A stretch of DNA of 64,000 bases, from assembly GCA_018304465.1 (NCBI GenBank), contig JAGVWC010000008.1, forward strand, positions 64,001-128,000, read 5' to 3'. How positions within the stretch are numbered: the stretch's first letter is position 1; each line of letters opens with the position of its first letter. The translations under genes were made by a program, and so were the position numbers. Under the pieces are notes generated by a model. It saw only the letters and a program-made list of their open reading frames with translations. It made no database searches and was not told where the DNA came from. Positions 48,116-56,441 of the stretch are shown piece by piece. The stretch comes from Candidatus Iainarchaeum sp. (GTDB lineage Archaea > Iainarchaeota > Iainarchaeia > Iainarchaeales > JAGVWC01).

Positions 48116-48394
48116 ATGGGAAGCCGAAAAACACAGGAAGAAAAAGATTTCTTAATTACGATCCGCCGAAAAATCAGCGATCGCTTAAGCCCCGCGCCCG
48201 TCTGGGTCACCGTCAAAAGCGGCAAGCGGCATTACAATCAAAAACAACGCCGACACTGGCGAGAAACCCACCTGATGCTGGAATTCGCGGCGCAAAACAA
48301 GAAAACCGCGGGAATCAAAACCAAAACCCAACAACGCAAAAAAATCCGGTCGCAAATCAAGAAATACAACAAAAAAACCGGAGAACGACGATAA
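48116..48394 (+). CDS. rpl39e: 50S ribosomal protein L39e with C-terminal extension
   Basis: PVWVTVKS...RRHWRETHL; position before L31e. Confidence 0.8.
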   Translation: MGSRKTQEEKDFLITIRRKISDRLSPAPVWVTVKSGKRHYNQKQRRHWRETHLMLEFAAQNKKTAGIKTKTQQRKKIRSQIKKYNKKTGERR

Positions 48395-48412
48395 ATTTAC
48401 GAGTGATTGAAA

Positions 48413-48886
48413 ATGGCTCCAAAAAAGAAAACAGAAACCCAAACCAGAACCCTGACGATTTCGCTTGCCCAAGCACGACGCGCCTCGGCAAAAAAACGCG
48501 CGAACAAAGCGATCAGCGTGATCCGAAACGACATCAAAAAACACACGCGACAAAAAATCGCCAACATCCGTCTCTCCGATGGAATCAACCGGGAAATCTG
48601 GAGCCAATCCACGTTTAACATTCCCGCGCGCATCACCGTTTCTCTTTTGGTCGAAAAAGAAACCGTCCGCGCGTTCCTTGAAAAAACCAAGGAAATAGAC
48701 GCCTATTTGAAAACCAAAGACGCCAAGGAAAAAGCAAAGAAAAAAGAAGAAGCCAATGCCAAAGAAGAAGAGAAAAAAGAACCCGCCGAAAAAAAAGAAG
48801 AAGCGGCCAAAGAAGAGGAAAAAGAGCAAAAACTGGCGGAAAAAAAGGCCAAGGAAGACAACGCCAGGGCCGCAGAACTGAAGTAA
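48413..48886 (+). CDS. rpl31e: 50S ribosomal protein L31e with K/E-rich tail
   Basis: KRANKAI, INREIWS, P..I.V. Confidence 0.88.
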   Translation: MAPKKKTETQTRTLTISLAQARRASAKKRANKAISVIRNDIKKHTRQKIANIRLSDGINREIWSQSTFNIPARITVSLLVEKETVRAFLEKTKEIDAYLKTKDAKEKAKKKEEANAKEEEKKEPAEKKEEAAKEEEKEQKLAEKKAKEDNARAAELK

Positions 48887-48894
48887 GGAACCCC

Positions 48895-49551
48895 ATGCGC
48901 GTCCAAAAACTATCCATTCGAGGCAGCCCCTTTGTCGGAGTGTTTCTCAAAGCAACAGACAAATTCTGCCTGGTTCCCGACGGATTGATTCCCAAAGACA
49001 AAAAAACGATTCAAAACATCCTCGGCGTCGAACCGATCGAAACCCGCATCGCGAACGCGTCCATCATCGGCGTGCTCTGCATCGCCAACCAAAACCGCGT
49101 CTGCTTACCCAGCATGGTGGAACAAAAAGAAATCGACGCGTTGGAAAAAACCGGAATCAAAACCAGCGTGATTCCAACGGTCGAAGCCATCGGAAACATG
49201 GTGTCGATCAACGACCATATCGGGCTCTGCGGAAACGCGTTGCGCGAAGAAACCCGCAAAACCCTTGAACGCGAACTCAACATCCCCATTGAACGCGTGA
49301 CGATCGCCGGATCCGATCTCGCCGGAAGCGCAAGCATTCTGACCAACAAAGGATTCGTTTGCCACCCCAAAACACGACCCGACGAATACAAAATCCTCGA
49401 AGAAAAAACCGGTCTCAAAGGAAACCCGTCAAGCGCCAATTACGGCGACTTGTTCGTCGGAAACAGCGTGACCGCCAACAGTTTCGGCGCGTTGGTCGGA
49501 GAACACACGACCGGATACGAAATGATTGCGATTGACGAAGCACTGTCATAA
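48895..49551 (+). CDS. eif6: Translation initiation factor 6
   Basis: SPFVGVF, GS....TNKG..HP, ANYG...VG, TTGYE. Confidence 0.92.
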   Translation: MRVQKLSIRGSPFVGVFLKATDKFCLVPDGLIPKDKKTIQNILGVEPIETRIANASIIGVLCIANQNRVCLPSMVEQKEIDALEKTGIKTSVIPTVEAIGNMVSINDHIGLCGNALREETRKTLERELNIPIERVTIAGSDLAGSASILTNKGFVCHPKTRPDEYKILEEKTGLKGNPSSANYGDLFVGNSVTANSFGALVGEHTTGYEMIAIDEALS

Positions 49552-49566
49552 AAGAAAGGTGATTCC

Positions 49567-49764
49567 ATGAAAAAACAAACAACCAAAACATTCGAAATCA
49601 AAGGAACCGTACAATTCGGCGAAAAAAACGTGCCGTTTGTCAAAAAAGTCTCAGCCAACAACGCAAACCACGCAAGCGAAAAAGTCTTAACCCTTTTCGG
49701 TTCCAAGAATAAAGTCAAACGGCGATCCATCAACATCACCGAAAGCAAAGAGACCAAGGAATGA
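49567..49764 (+). CDS. rpl18a: 50S ribosomal protein L18Ae/LX
   Basis: FEIKG, HASEKV...FGSKNKVKR..I. Confidence 0.85.
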   Translation: MKKQTTKTFEIKGTVQFGEKNVPFVKKVSANNANHASEKVLTLFGSKNKVKRRSINITESKETKE

Positions 49765-50201
49765 ACACGATGAGCGAACCAAGACCCATTCAAATGAATT
49801 TTCAGCAAGCCATCCAAATGCTTCAGCAAGAACGCGCTTCGTTTGAAGCATTGCAAGAACGCATGGAAAAATACCGGTTAAACTTAGAAGAAACCCTGAT
49901 CGTTCAAGAAGCATTAAACACCGTTCAAAAGCTCAAAGAAGACAAAAGCGTCAAAATATCGCTTGGAGCAGGAGTCTATATGGACGCCAACCTCGTGACC
50001 ACCGACAAAGTACTCATTACATTGGGCGGCGCCATCCTAAAACCCGCCAGCATTCCCGAAGCCCTCAAAGGCCTTGAAAACCGACAAAAAGAAGCCGAAA
50101 TGGAAATCGCCAAAATATCCGAAGAACAACGCAAACACATGGCCAACATCAACAGTTTAACGCAAGTCGCACGGAGCCTGGGAGACAAAAACCGGCAATG
50201 A
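49761..50201 (+). CDS. pfdA: Prefoldin alpha subunit
   Basis: Coiled coils flanking LGAGVY...VLITLGG. Confidence 0.9.
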   Translation: MNTMSEPRPIQMNFQQAIQMLQQERASFEALQERMEKYRLNLEETLIVQEALNTVQKLKEDKSVKISLGAGVYMDANLVTTDKVLITLGGAILKPASIPEALKGLENRQKEAEMEIAKISEEQRKHMANINSLTQVARSLGDKNRQ

Positions 50202-50210
50202 CGGATTCCC

Positions 50211-51368
50211 ATGTTCGACTTACTCAAAAAAAAACTCAGCGAATTCTCAAACCAACTTAAACAAACCATTCAACAAAAAACCGGCGAAGAAAACGCCAAA
50301 CCAGCCGATTCTTCCAAAGCAACGCTTTCGAACACACCAATCGAACCTATTTTCGAAGACAAACCGGTTCCAATCACACCCACAGAAAAACCCGTTTTGA
50401 AAACCCCCATGATTGGAAAAAAACCACCCAAAGAAAAACCATCCGTATCAAAGCCGATTGCAAAAGACAAACGCGAACTCAAAACCAAAATCGGAATCCT
50501 CGAAAAAACAAAAGCGATTTTTTCCGGAGAAATCGAACTAGGCGAAAAAGAAATCGCGAATCTGTTGGACGAACTCGAATTCGCGTTGCTTGAAGCCGAC
50601 GTCGAACAAGAAACCGCCATCAAAATCGTTGACGCCATGCGTCAACGCCTGGTCGGAAAAAAGATTTCCAGCCGACAAAACATCGACGAATTCATCAAAA
50701 CCGAAATCAAACACGCGCTCGTCACAAGCCTTGAAATTCCCGATTACCAACCGTTTCTTTTCCGCATTCAAACCAAAAAACCATTTGTGATTCTCTTGCT
50801 TGGACCCAACGGCGCGGGAAAAACCACGACACTCGCCAAAATCGTGCGGCTCCTGCAAAAAAACAACAAAACCGCAATCCTTGCCGCCGCGGACACGTTT
50901 CGCGCGGCCAGCATCGAACAACTCGAACAACACGCCAAACGCTTAAACGTCCGCCTCGTCAAACACACGTATGGCGCGGACCCGGCTGCCGTCGGATTCG
51001 ACACGATTGCCGCGGCCAAAAGCCACGATATCGACGTAGTTCTCATTGATTCCGCGGGACGCCAAGAAACCAACCAAAACCTCATGAAAGAACTGGAAAA
51101 AATCATCCGCGTCTGCAAACCCGACTTGAAACTATTCATTCTGGAAGGATACGCCGGACAAGCGTCGCTTGCCCAAGTCAAAGAATTCGACAAACATCTT
51201 TCCATTGACGGCGTGGTACTCACCAAAATGGACACCGACCCCAAAGGGGGCAGCGCGCTCTCCGTGCTCCACGAACTCAAAAAACCCATTTTTTTCATCG
51301 GAACCGGACAAGGCTACGACGACCTGGAAGAATTCGAACTCGAAAACGTACTCGACAAAATCGTTTGA
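50211..51368 (+). CDS. ftsY: SRP receptor FtsY
   Basis: LLEADV, GPNGAGKTTT, DTFRAAS, DSAGR, TKMD..KGG, GTGQGYDDL. Confidence 0.96.
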   Translation: MFDLLKKKLSEFSNQLKQTIQQKTGEENAKPADSSKATLSNTPIEPIFEDKPVPITPTEKPVLKTPMIGKKPPKEKPSVSKPIAKDKRELKTKIGILEKTKAIFSGEIELGEKEIANLLDELEFALLEADVEQETAIKIVDAMRQRLVGKKISSRQNIDEFIKTEIKHALVTSLEIPDYQPFLFRIQTKKPFVILLLGPNGAGKTTTLAKIVRLLQKNNKTAILAAADTFRAASIEQLEQHAKRLNVRLVKHTYGADPAAVGFDTIAAAKSHDIDVVLIDSAGRQETNQNLMKELEKIIRVCKPDLKLFILEGYAGQASLAQVKEFDKHLSIDGVVLTKMDTDPKGGSALSVLHELKKPIFFIGTGQGYDDLEEFELENVLDKIV

Positions 51369-51385
51369 CTGTTTATCAACCAAGT

Positions 51386-52543
51386 TTAATTCAAAAAAAC
51401 GAACGCGTATTCTTGACTCTTTAAACCACTCGAAGAAACAATCGAAATTTCTTCCGTCGAATTCGAAGCAACATCATACAACTGCGCGCTTTTGAGCAAA
51501 TAATCGCTTCCGTATGAGACAATCAAAAGCTTTCCACTATCTTCGTCGATCGAAAGGCCTTTTTCATCCGAATCAAGCGCCACCTCAATAAGACTCTTGG
51601 CAGTGCCGTCAAGACCAAAGCGCTTGACCGTATACACGCTTCCATTTTTTACATATCCATACAACGCGTCACTACCGGAAAAAAACGTTCCGGACGAAAC
51701 ATTTGAAAACAATTCTTCCGACACCTTGCCCGTGAACAGATCGTGCCTTCGAATTGACGCGGTTTCGGAATCATAATCCGTCACCACCGAAAGCAACGCG
51801 TTTTGAGCCGTAAAAAAATCACCTTCATTATCTGCATCCCCATACGAAAGCAAGTCCGAGCCGCTCGCCGTCCCCAATGACTGAACCATCAAAGCGCCGC
51901 CGCCCGACCGACGGCCATAAAAATCATTCACGATTCGATCACGATAATACACCTTATCCCCCACCACCGTCAGATTCGTCGCGTCAAAAGTAGTCGAGGA
52001 AATCGCGGACGCGTTTTTTGGATCCACTTCGTTTAGCACTGTACTCGTGCTTCGCCGCGTCACCGTAAACAAACGTCCATTTTGCGTCATTGGATAAATC
52101 GTACTTTCCGAATACGAAGTCGAAACCGTGGACGCCATCACGTCAAAACGATCAACCACCGGAATAAACCGCACCACGCCTTTATGACTCGTTTCCCAGC
52201 GAATGTTGGTTACATACCCGCTTCCATCGGCGGTGTTTTGCACCGAAACCGGCAAACGACTGGCCACATCCCCCAAATAAGCGCGATAAAACAATGCGAT
52301 GCTTCCGGACGGAACCGACGGCTGTGAAGGGGTATCATCCGGCCGCACCGGAATGCGATCATTGTTTGTATCGGAAAATTTTTTCAACGCATTATCCTGA
52401 TTGCGCACGGGTAGGCCACGGTTATCGTTTGAATTTCCCGAAAAATCCGAAAGCACATACACGACCACCGAAAGCAAGGCGATGGCCAAAATCACCACTA
52501 AAAACCAAGGAAGCTTCGTCGAAGAATTATCCGTTGACGCCAT
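51386..52543 (-). CDS. Membrane-anchored beta-rich (propeller-like) hypothetical protein
   Basis: N-terminal TM; S/D/G-rich beta-strand pattern. Confidence 0.7.
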   Translation of the reverse strand: MASTDNSSTKLPWFLVVILAIALLSVVVYVLSDFSGNSNDNRGLPVRNQDNALKKFSDTNNDRIPVRPDDTPSQPSVPSGSIALFYRAYLGDVASRLPVSVQNTADGSGYVTNIRWETSHKGVVRFIPVVDRFDVMASTVSTSYSESTIYPMTQNGRLFTVTRRSTSTVLNEVDPKNASAISSTTFDATNLTVVGDKVYYRDRIVNDFYGRRSGGGALMVQSLGTASGSDLLSYGDADNEGDFFTAQNALLSVVTDYDSETASIRRHDLFTGKVSEELFSNVSSGTFFSGSDALYGYVKNGSVYTVKRFGLDGTAKSLIEVALDSDEKGLSIDEDSGKLLIVSYGSDYLLKSAQLYDVASNSTEEISIVSSSGLKSQEYAFVFLN

Positions 52544-52596
52544 GTCAACATAAGGAATTCGATACATTTAAAAGTAACGGTTTTGATATCAGTAAA

Positions 52597-53679
52597 ATGA
52601 GAAAACTTGCCATCGTGTTGTTACTCCTCCTGCTCGCAGCCTCGACGATCGCATTCACAATCCGAGCCCCGGGATTAACCCAGCGACGACTCACCAGTCC
52701 CAACAGCACGCCTCAATGCGTCACAAGCGCGGATTGTCCCAACGGAGAAAAATGCGTTGGACGCAGATGCGTGGAGGACACACAAGATAGAACGCCGCTT
52801 GGACCCAAACCGTATGAACCCGAACCAATTGAACAACCAAGCCAACCGTTCTCCGCAGCCCTTAACCGTACCTGCACCGAAGACACCGACTGCCCCACCG
52901 GACAATTATGCGATGACGGTCTCTGCTCTTCCGAACGCCAAAACGTGGTCAGGCTCATCCTCAAATACATTGCCAAAATCCAGAGCCCTCCGGCTCCGGA
53001 CGACGGTTCCTGCACCACCAATGCGGACTGTCCCATCGGCCAGTTCTGTCGCTCGAATATTTGCAAGACAATGGCCGAAATCATTGATGAAGGCGGAGAC
53101 GGCTCGCCGGACCCCGAACCAGACGAACCGGAACCCGACACTCCCGGCGCTGCCCTGTGCCAAATCTTTGAAGGTGAATTATACCCGATCAAAACCGACA
53201 TTGCGTGTACTCCAACGCCTGCCAGCGGCCGAATCCTTGAAATCATAAACGATTTGGAAGTGTATTGGGACGCGTTGGATAACCGGCATGAAAACCGGGT
53301 TGTTCGCATCCTTTACCAGAACGGCCCTCTGGGTGCGGTCCAACCGCTCATTGGATTTCTTGACGGGCGGTATTGTGGCGCAGGATTGCCCCCCGGCATA
53401 CTGCCCGAAGGCGATTTCCAAGTATTTACGCGTTCCCCAGACGAAACTACGTTTGACGACCAATATGATATCCGGCCGGAAATTGGTTGGTGGGACGAAC
53501 CCAGCTACGAATTTCCCTGTTACCATCATCACTTCGACCAAATGATTCTCTGTGACGGCCGCCTCACCGAAAAAAGCCGCTCGATTCGAATCAACCACCC
53601 GGACAACACCAAAATCACGGTCCGCATGAGCGGATTCTATCCCGACTTCGCCTACATCACTGAAGGATACTGCGAATAA
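52597..53679 (+). CDS. Secreted protein with three Cys-rich repeats
   Basis: Signal peptide MRKLAIVLLLLLLAASTIA; Cx4DCPxGxxCx4C x3. Confidence 0.75.
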   Translation: MRKLAIVLLLLLLAASTIAFTIRAPGLTQRRLTSPNSTPQCVTSADCPNGEKCVGRRCVEDTQDRTPLGPKPYEPEPIEQPSQPFSAALNRTCTEDTDCPTGQLCDDGLCSSERQNVVRLILKYIAKIQSPPAPDDGSCTTNADCPIGQFCRSNICKTMAEIIDEGGDGSPDPEPDEPEPDTPGAALCQIFEGELYPIKTDIACTPTPASGRILEIINDLEVYWDALDNRHENRVVRILYQNGPLGAVQPLIGFLDGRYCGAGLPPGILPEGDFQVFTRSPDETTFDDQYDIRPEIGWWDEPSYEFPCYHHHFDQMILCDGRLTEKSRSIRINHPDNTKITVRMSGFYPDFAYITEGYCE

Positions 53680-53755
53680 CAATCCAGACAATCGTTCAAA
53701 TCCTTTTCCCGTCATAGAAAACCATTAATAAATCCAAATTGTTAAAGTACTTCAT

Positions 53756-55474
53756 ATGCGGGGAAAAATCCTATTGATTTTACTTTGCCTGTTGCTTCTA
53801 GCGTCTCCCCTGCTGGCCAAATCGTATTCCATCACCAACGCCAGCATCAAAATGCAAATCCACGACGACGCCAGCATCGACGCGGATGAAACACTCACGT
53901 TTCTTTTTTCCGGGCAATACACGTTTGCATACCGCGATATTCCCAATGGCTCCTGGCACATATCCGAGATTTCCGTGACCGAAAACGAAACACCCGTTCC
54001 ATTCACCGTCACCCCAATCAACAACCAAACCCGCATTCGCTGGACCTACACCGCAAACTCGGAAATCCGCACGTTCACGATCCATTACCGATTGGAAAAC
54101 GCGATCAAAGCGTATTCCGACGTCGCCGAACTCAACTGGAAAGTATGGGGCGACAACTGGGAAGTTCCCGTCACCAACCTGTACGGAGAAATCATTCTTC
54201 CAAAACCCGTTTCGGACGCCAAACAAGTGTACTCCTGGGGGCACCCCAAAATCGAAGGAAAAATGGGGCTTGAAAACAACCAAAAACTCATCTTCCAAAC
54301 ACTGTACGCTCCCGCCAACCAATGGGTCGAAATCCGAATGGCGTTTCCACGCGAACTCTTGACCACCGTCACCTACGCGCAAACCGAAAATTCGCCCGGA
54401 CTCCAAAAAATCGAAAGCGAGGAAAAACAATTCGCGCTTTACGACAGCTTATCCATTTTTCTCATTCCGCTCTTGATTCTTGCATTCATCGGGTTCCTCA
54501 TCTGGACGTATTTATCGTTCGGAAAAGATCCCGAAGTTTCGTATCACGCGATTTATGAACGCGAACCACCGTACGAATACGGTCCCGCCATCGTGCAAGC
54601 GCTCAGCCGCGATTTTAGTCACACGCCGGATTCCAAAAGCTTTGTCGCCGAAATGTTTTACCTCGCGTGGCTTGGATACCTGCAATTCGAAAAAATACCC
54701 AAAGAAAAAATCCTCGGCGTGTTCGGACGCGACTACGATTACAACGTCCGATACGCGAATCCCAAAAAACCCGTTTCCCTATCCGACAGCCAAAATCACT
54801 TGCTGTCACTCCTCAAAAAATACACCGACAACCAAAACCCCTTCGCGTTCTCCAAATTCGAAGAAAAAACACGCCAACAAACAGGGGAATTCCAAAAAGA
54901 CTTCAAAGCCTGGCAAAAACTCGTTGAAACCGAAGCCAAAAAAATGGATTTTTTCGAAAAAAAATCCGGACTCAAACGACTCATCGTCGGAACCCTGGCG
55001 TTCATTATTGCGCTGGCAATACTCGTCCCCGCCGGAGCCATTTTCTTAATCTGGATTTCGTTTCTGGCGTTCCCGGTATTTGCGCACATCATTTCCAAAC
55101 GCACGGAAAAAGGAACGCTTCATCACAAACAATGGGAAAACTTCAAAAAATTCCTAAACGATTTTTCGCAAATCAAACAATACCCCCCTGAATCCCTCGT
55201 GCTGTGGGAAAAATACCTCGTGTACGCCATCGGGTTCGGAATCGCGGACAAAGTCGCCCAATACATGAAACTGTTGGTGTCTGAACGCGAACTCACCAAC
55301 AGCGCCATTTTCGTCGGCGGATACCACGGCGGATGGAACGACGTCAACGCCTTTGCCCAAAGCGCGGTCGCCTACGCTCCGTCCTTTGCAACGGCCAGCG
55401 GAACCAGCGGCAGCGGCGGATTCGGCGGAGGAGGCGGCGGAGGAGGCGGCGGGGGCGGCGGAGGCGCCGGATAA
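53756..55474 (+). CDS. DUF2207 family membrane protein
   Basis: Signal peptide, ELNWKVWG, WEKYLVYAI, poly-Gly C-terminus. Confidence 0.9.
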   Translation: MRGKILLILLCLLLLASPLLAKSYSITNASIKMQIHDDASIDADETLTFLFSGQYTFAYRDIPNGSWHISEISVTENETPVPFTVTPINNQTRIRWTYTANSEIRTFTIHYRLENAIKAYSDVAELNWKVWGDNWEVPVTNLYGEIILPKPVSDAKQVYSWGHPKIEGKMGLENNQKLIFQTLYAPANQWVEIRMAFPRELLTTVTYAQTENSPGLQKIESEEKQFALYDSLSIFLIPLLILAFIGFLIWTYLSFGKDPEVSYHAIYEREPPYEYGPAIVQALSRDFSHTPDSKSFVAEMFYLAWLGYLQFEKIPKEKILGVFGRDYDYNVRYANPKKPVSLSDSQNHLLSLLKKYTDNQNPFAFSKFEEKTRQQTGEFQKDFKAWQKLVETEAKKMDFFEKKSGLKRLIVGTLAFIIALAILVPAGAIFLIWISFLAFPVFAHIISKRTEKGTLHHKQWENFKKFLNDFSQIKQYPPESLVLWEKYLVYAIGFGIADKVAQYMKLLVSERELTNSAIFVGGYHGGWNDVNAFAQSAVAYAPSFATASGTSGSGGFGGGGGGGGGGGGGGAG

Positions 55475-55513
55475 AACCAAACCCTAAAAAACACACAGCA
55501 CCTAAAAGAATAC

Positions 55514-56377
55514 ATGCCCGGCAAGCCTCGAAAAACAATCCCTGGTTTTCTCTCGCTACACGAGCTTGCGATCCGCGCCAAACAAAAAGGAAACCCGATC
55601 AGTGTCACGGGATTCAAACGCGCGCTCCGCGAAGGAAAACTGGTGGCCGACGCCTACGAAAACCGACGCTACAAGCCAGGCCCCTTGTTTTTTACCCGAC
55701 GCGAAAACGAATGGATTTTAAAAGCCCCCAAACCCAATCAAGAAATTTCTAACGGGTATACCACGACCCACCACTTGCTGGCGGAAGCAAACAAAATCCG
55801 CGGAAACATTTACCTTCCCCACATCCAACAATTTCTAAAAGAACTGCAATCAACACAACCCGAACTCGCTGCCCAAATGCGGGTTGAAACCAACGGAAAA
55901 CGAAAACGCCTTATCATCCCCCAAGCCATTGCCGACCAGTTCCTCGAACGCGTCAGAACCAACCAGTTATCCGGACTCTTCCGACAATACGGAAGCCTCC
56001 ATCGCGGACAACGCAACCCGAAAAAACCGCCTTCCCCTGACGCCCCAACGCCAAAACCCGCACCCAGTCCAACACCCGTTCCACCGACACCCGAACCCAA
56101 TACTCCGATTCCCCATCCGTCGGCTCCAACACCCAAAATTCACGGCCCACTTACCACCGCGGAATTTCTACAACTCGAATCGCGTTTCAATCGCCCCGTG
56201 GTACAAATGCGCATCGCGCAGGATGTGCAGCAACTCGGATCCTCACGCACCATTGAGGAAACCGCGCGACTATTAGGCACGACGGTCGGAACCGTTCACC
56301 AATTGGTGGAAACCGGAAAACTCGAAAAAAAACCAAACAGCAAAATACCGATTCAAAGCATCCAGCGACTGCTTTAA
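55514..56377 (+). CDS. Orphan multi-HTH (MerR/excisionase-like) DNA-binding protein
   Basis: MPGKPRK leader; LSLHELA...FKRALREGKL; TIEETARLLGTTVGTVHQLVETGKL; Pro-rich linker. Confidence 0.65.
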   Translation: MPGKPRKTIPGFLSLHELAIRAKQKGNPISVTGFKRALREGKLVADAYENRRYKPGPLFFTRRENEWILKAPKPNQEISNGYTTTHHLLAEANKIRGNIYLPHIQQFLKELQSTQPELAAQMRVETNGKRKRLIIPQAIADQFLERVRTNQLSGLFRQYGSLHRGQRNPKKPPSPDAPTPKPAPSPTPVPPTPEPNTPIPHPSAPTPKIHGPLTTAEFLQLESRFNRPVVQMRIAQDVQQLGSSRTIEETARLLGTTVGTVHQLVETGKLEKKPNSKIPIQSIQRLL

Positions 56378-56441
56378 GCGACCGACCAAGACCCTTTTTT
56401 TAATGCCTTCGGAGGCCAAAATCAGTACAAAAAGGATCTTT

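Noticed and set aside
55400-55471. GGC/GGA low-complexity run
   Set aside because: Encodes the normal poly-Gly tail of DUF2207 proteins; not a DNA repeat element
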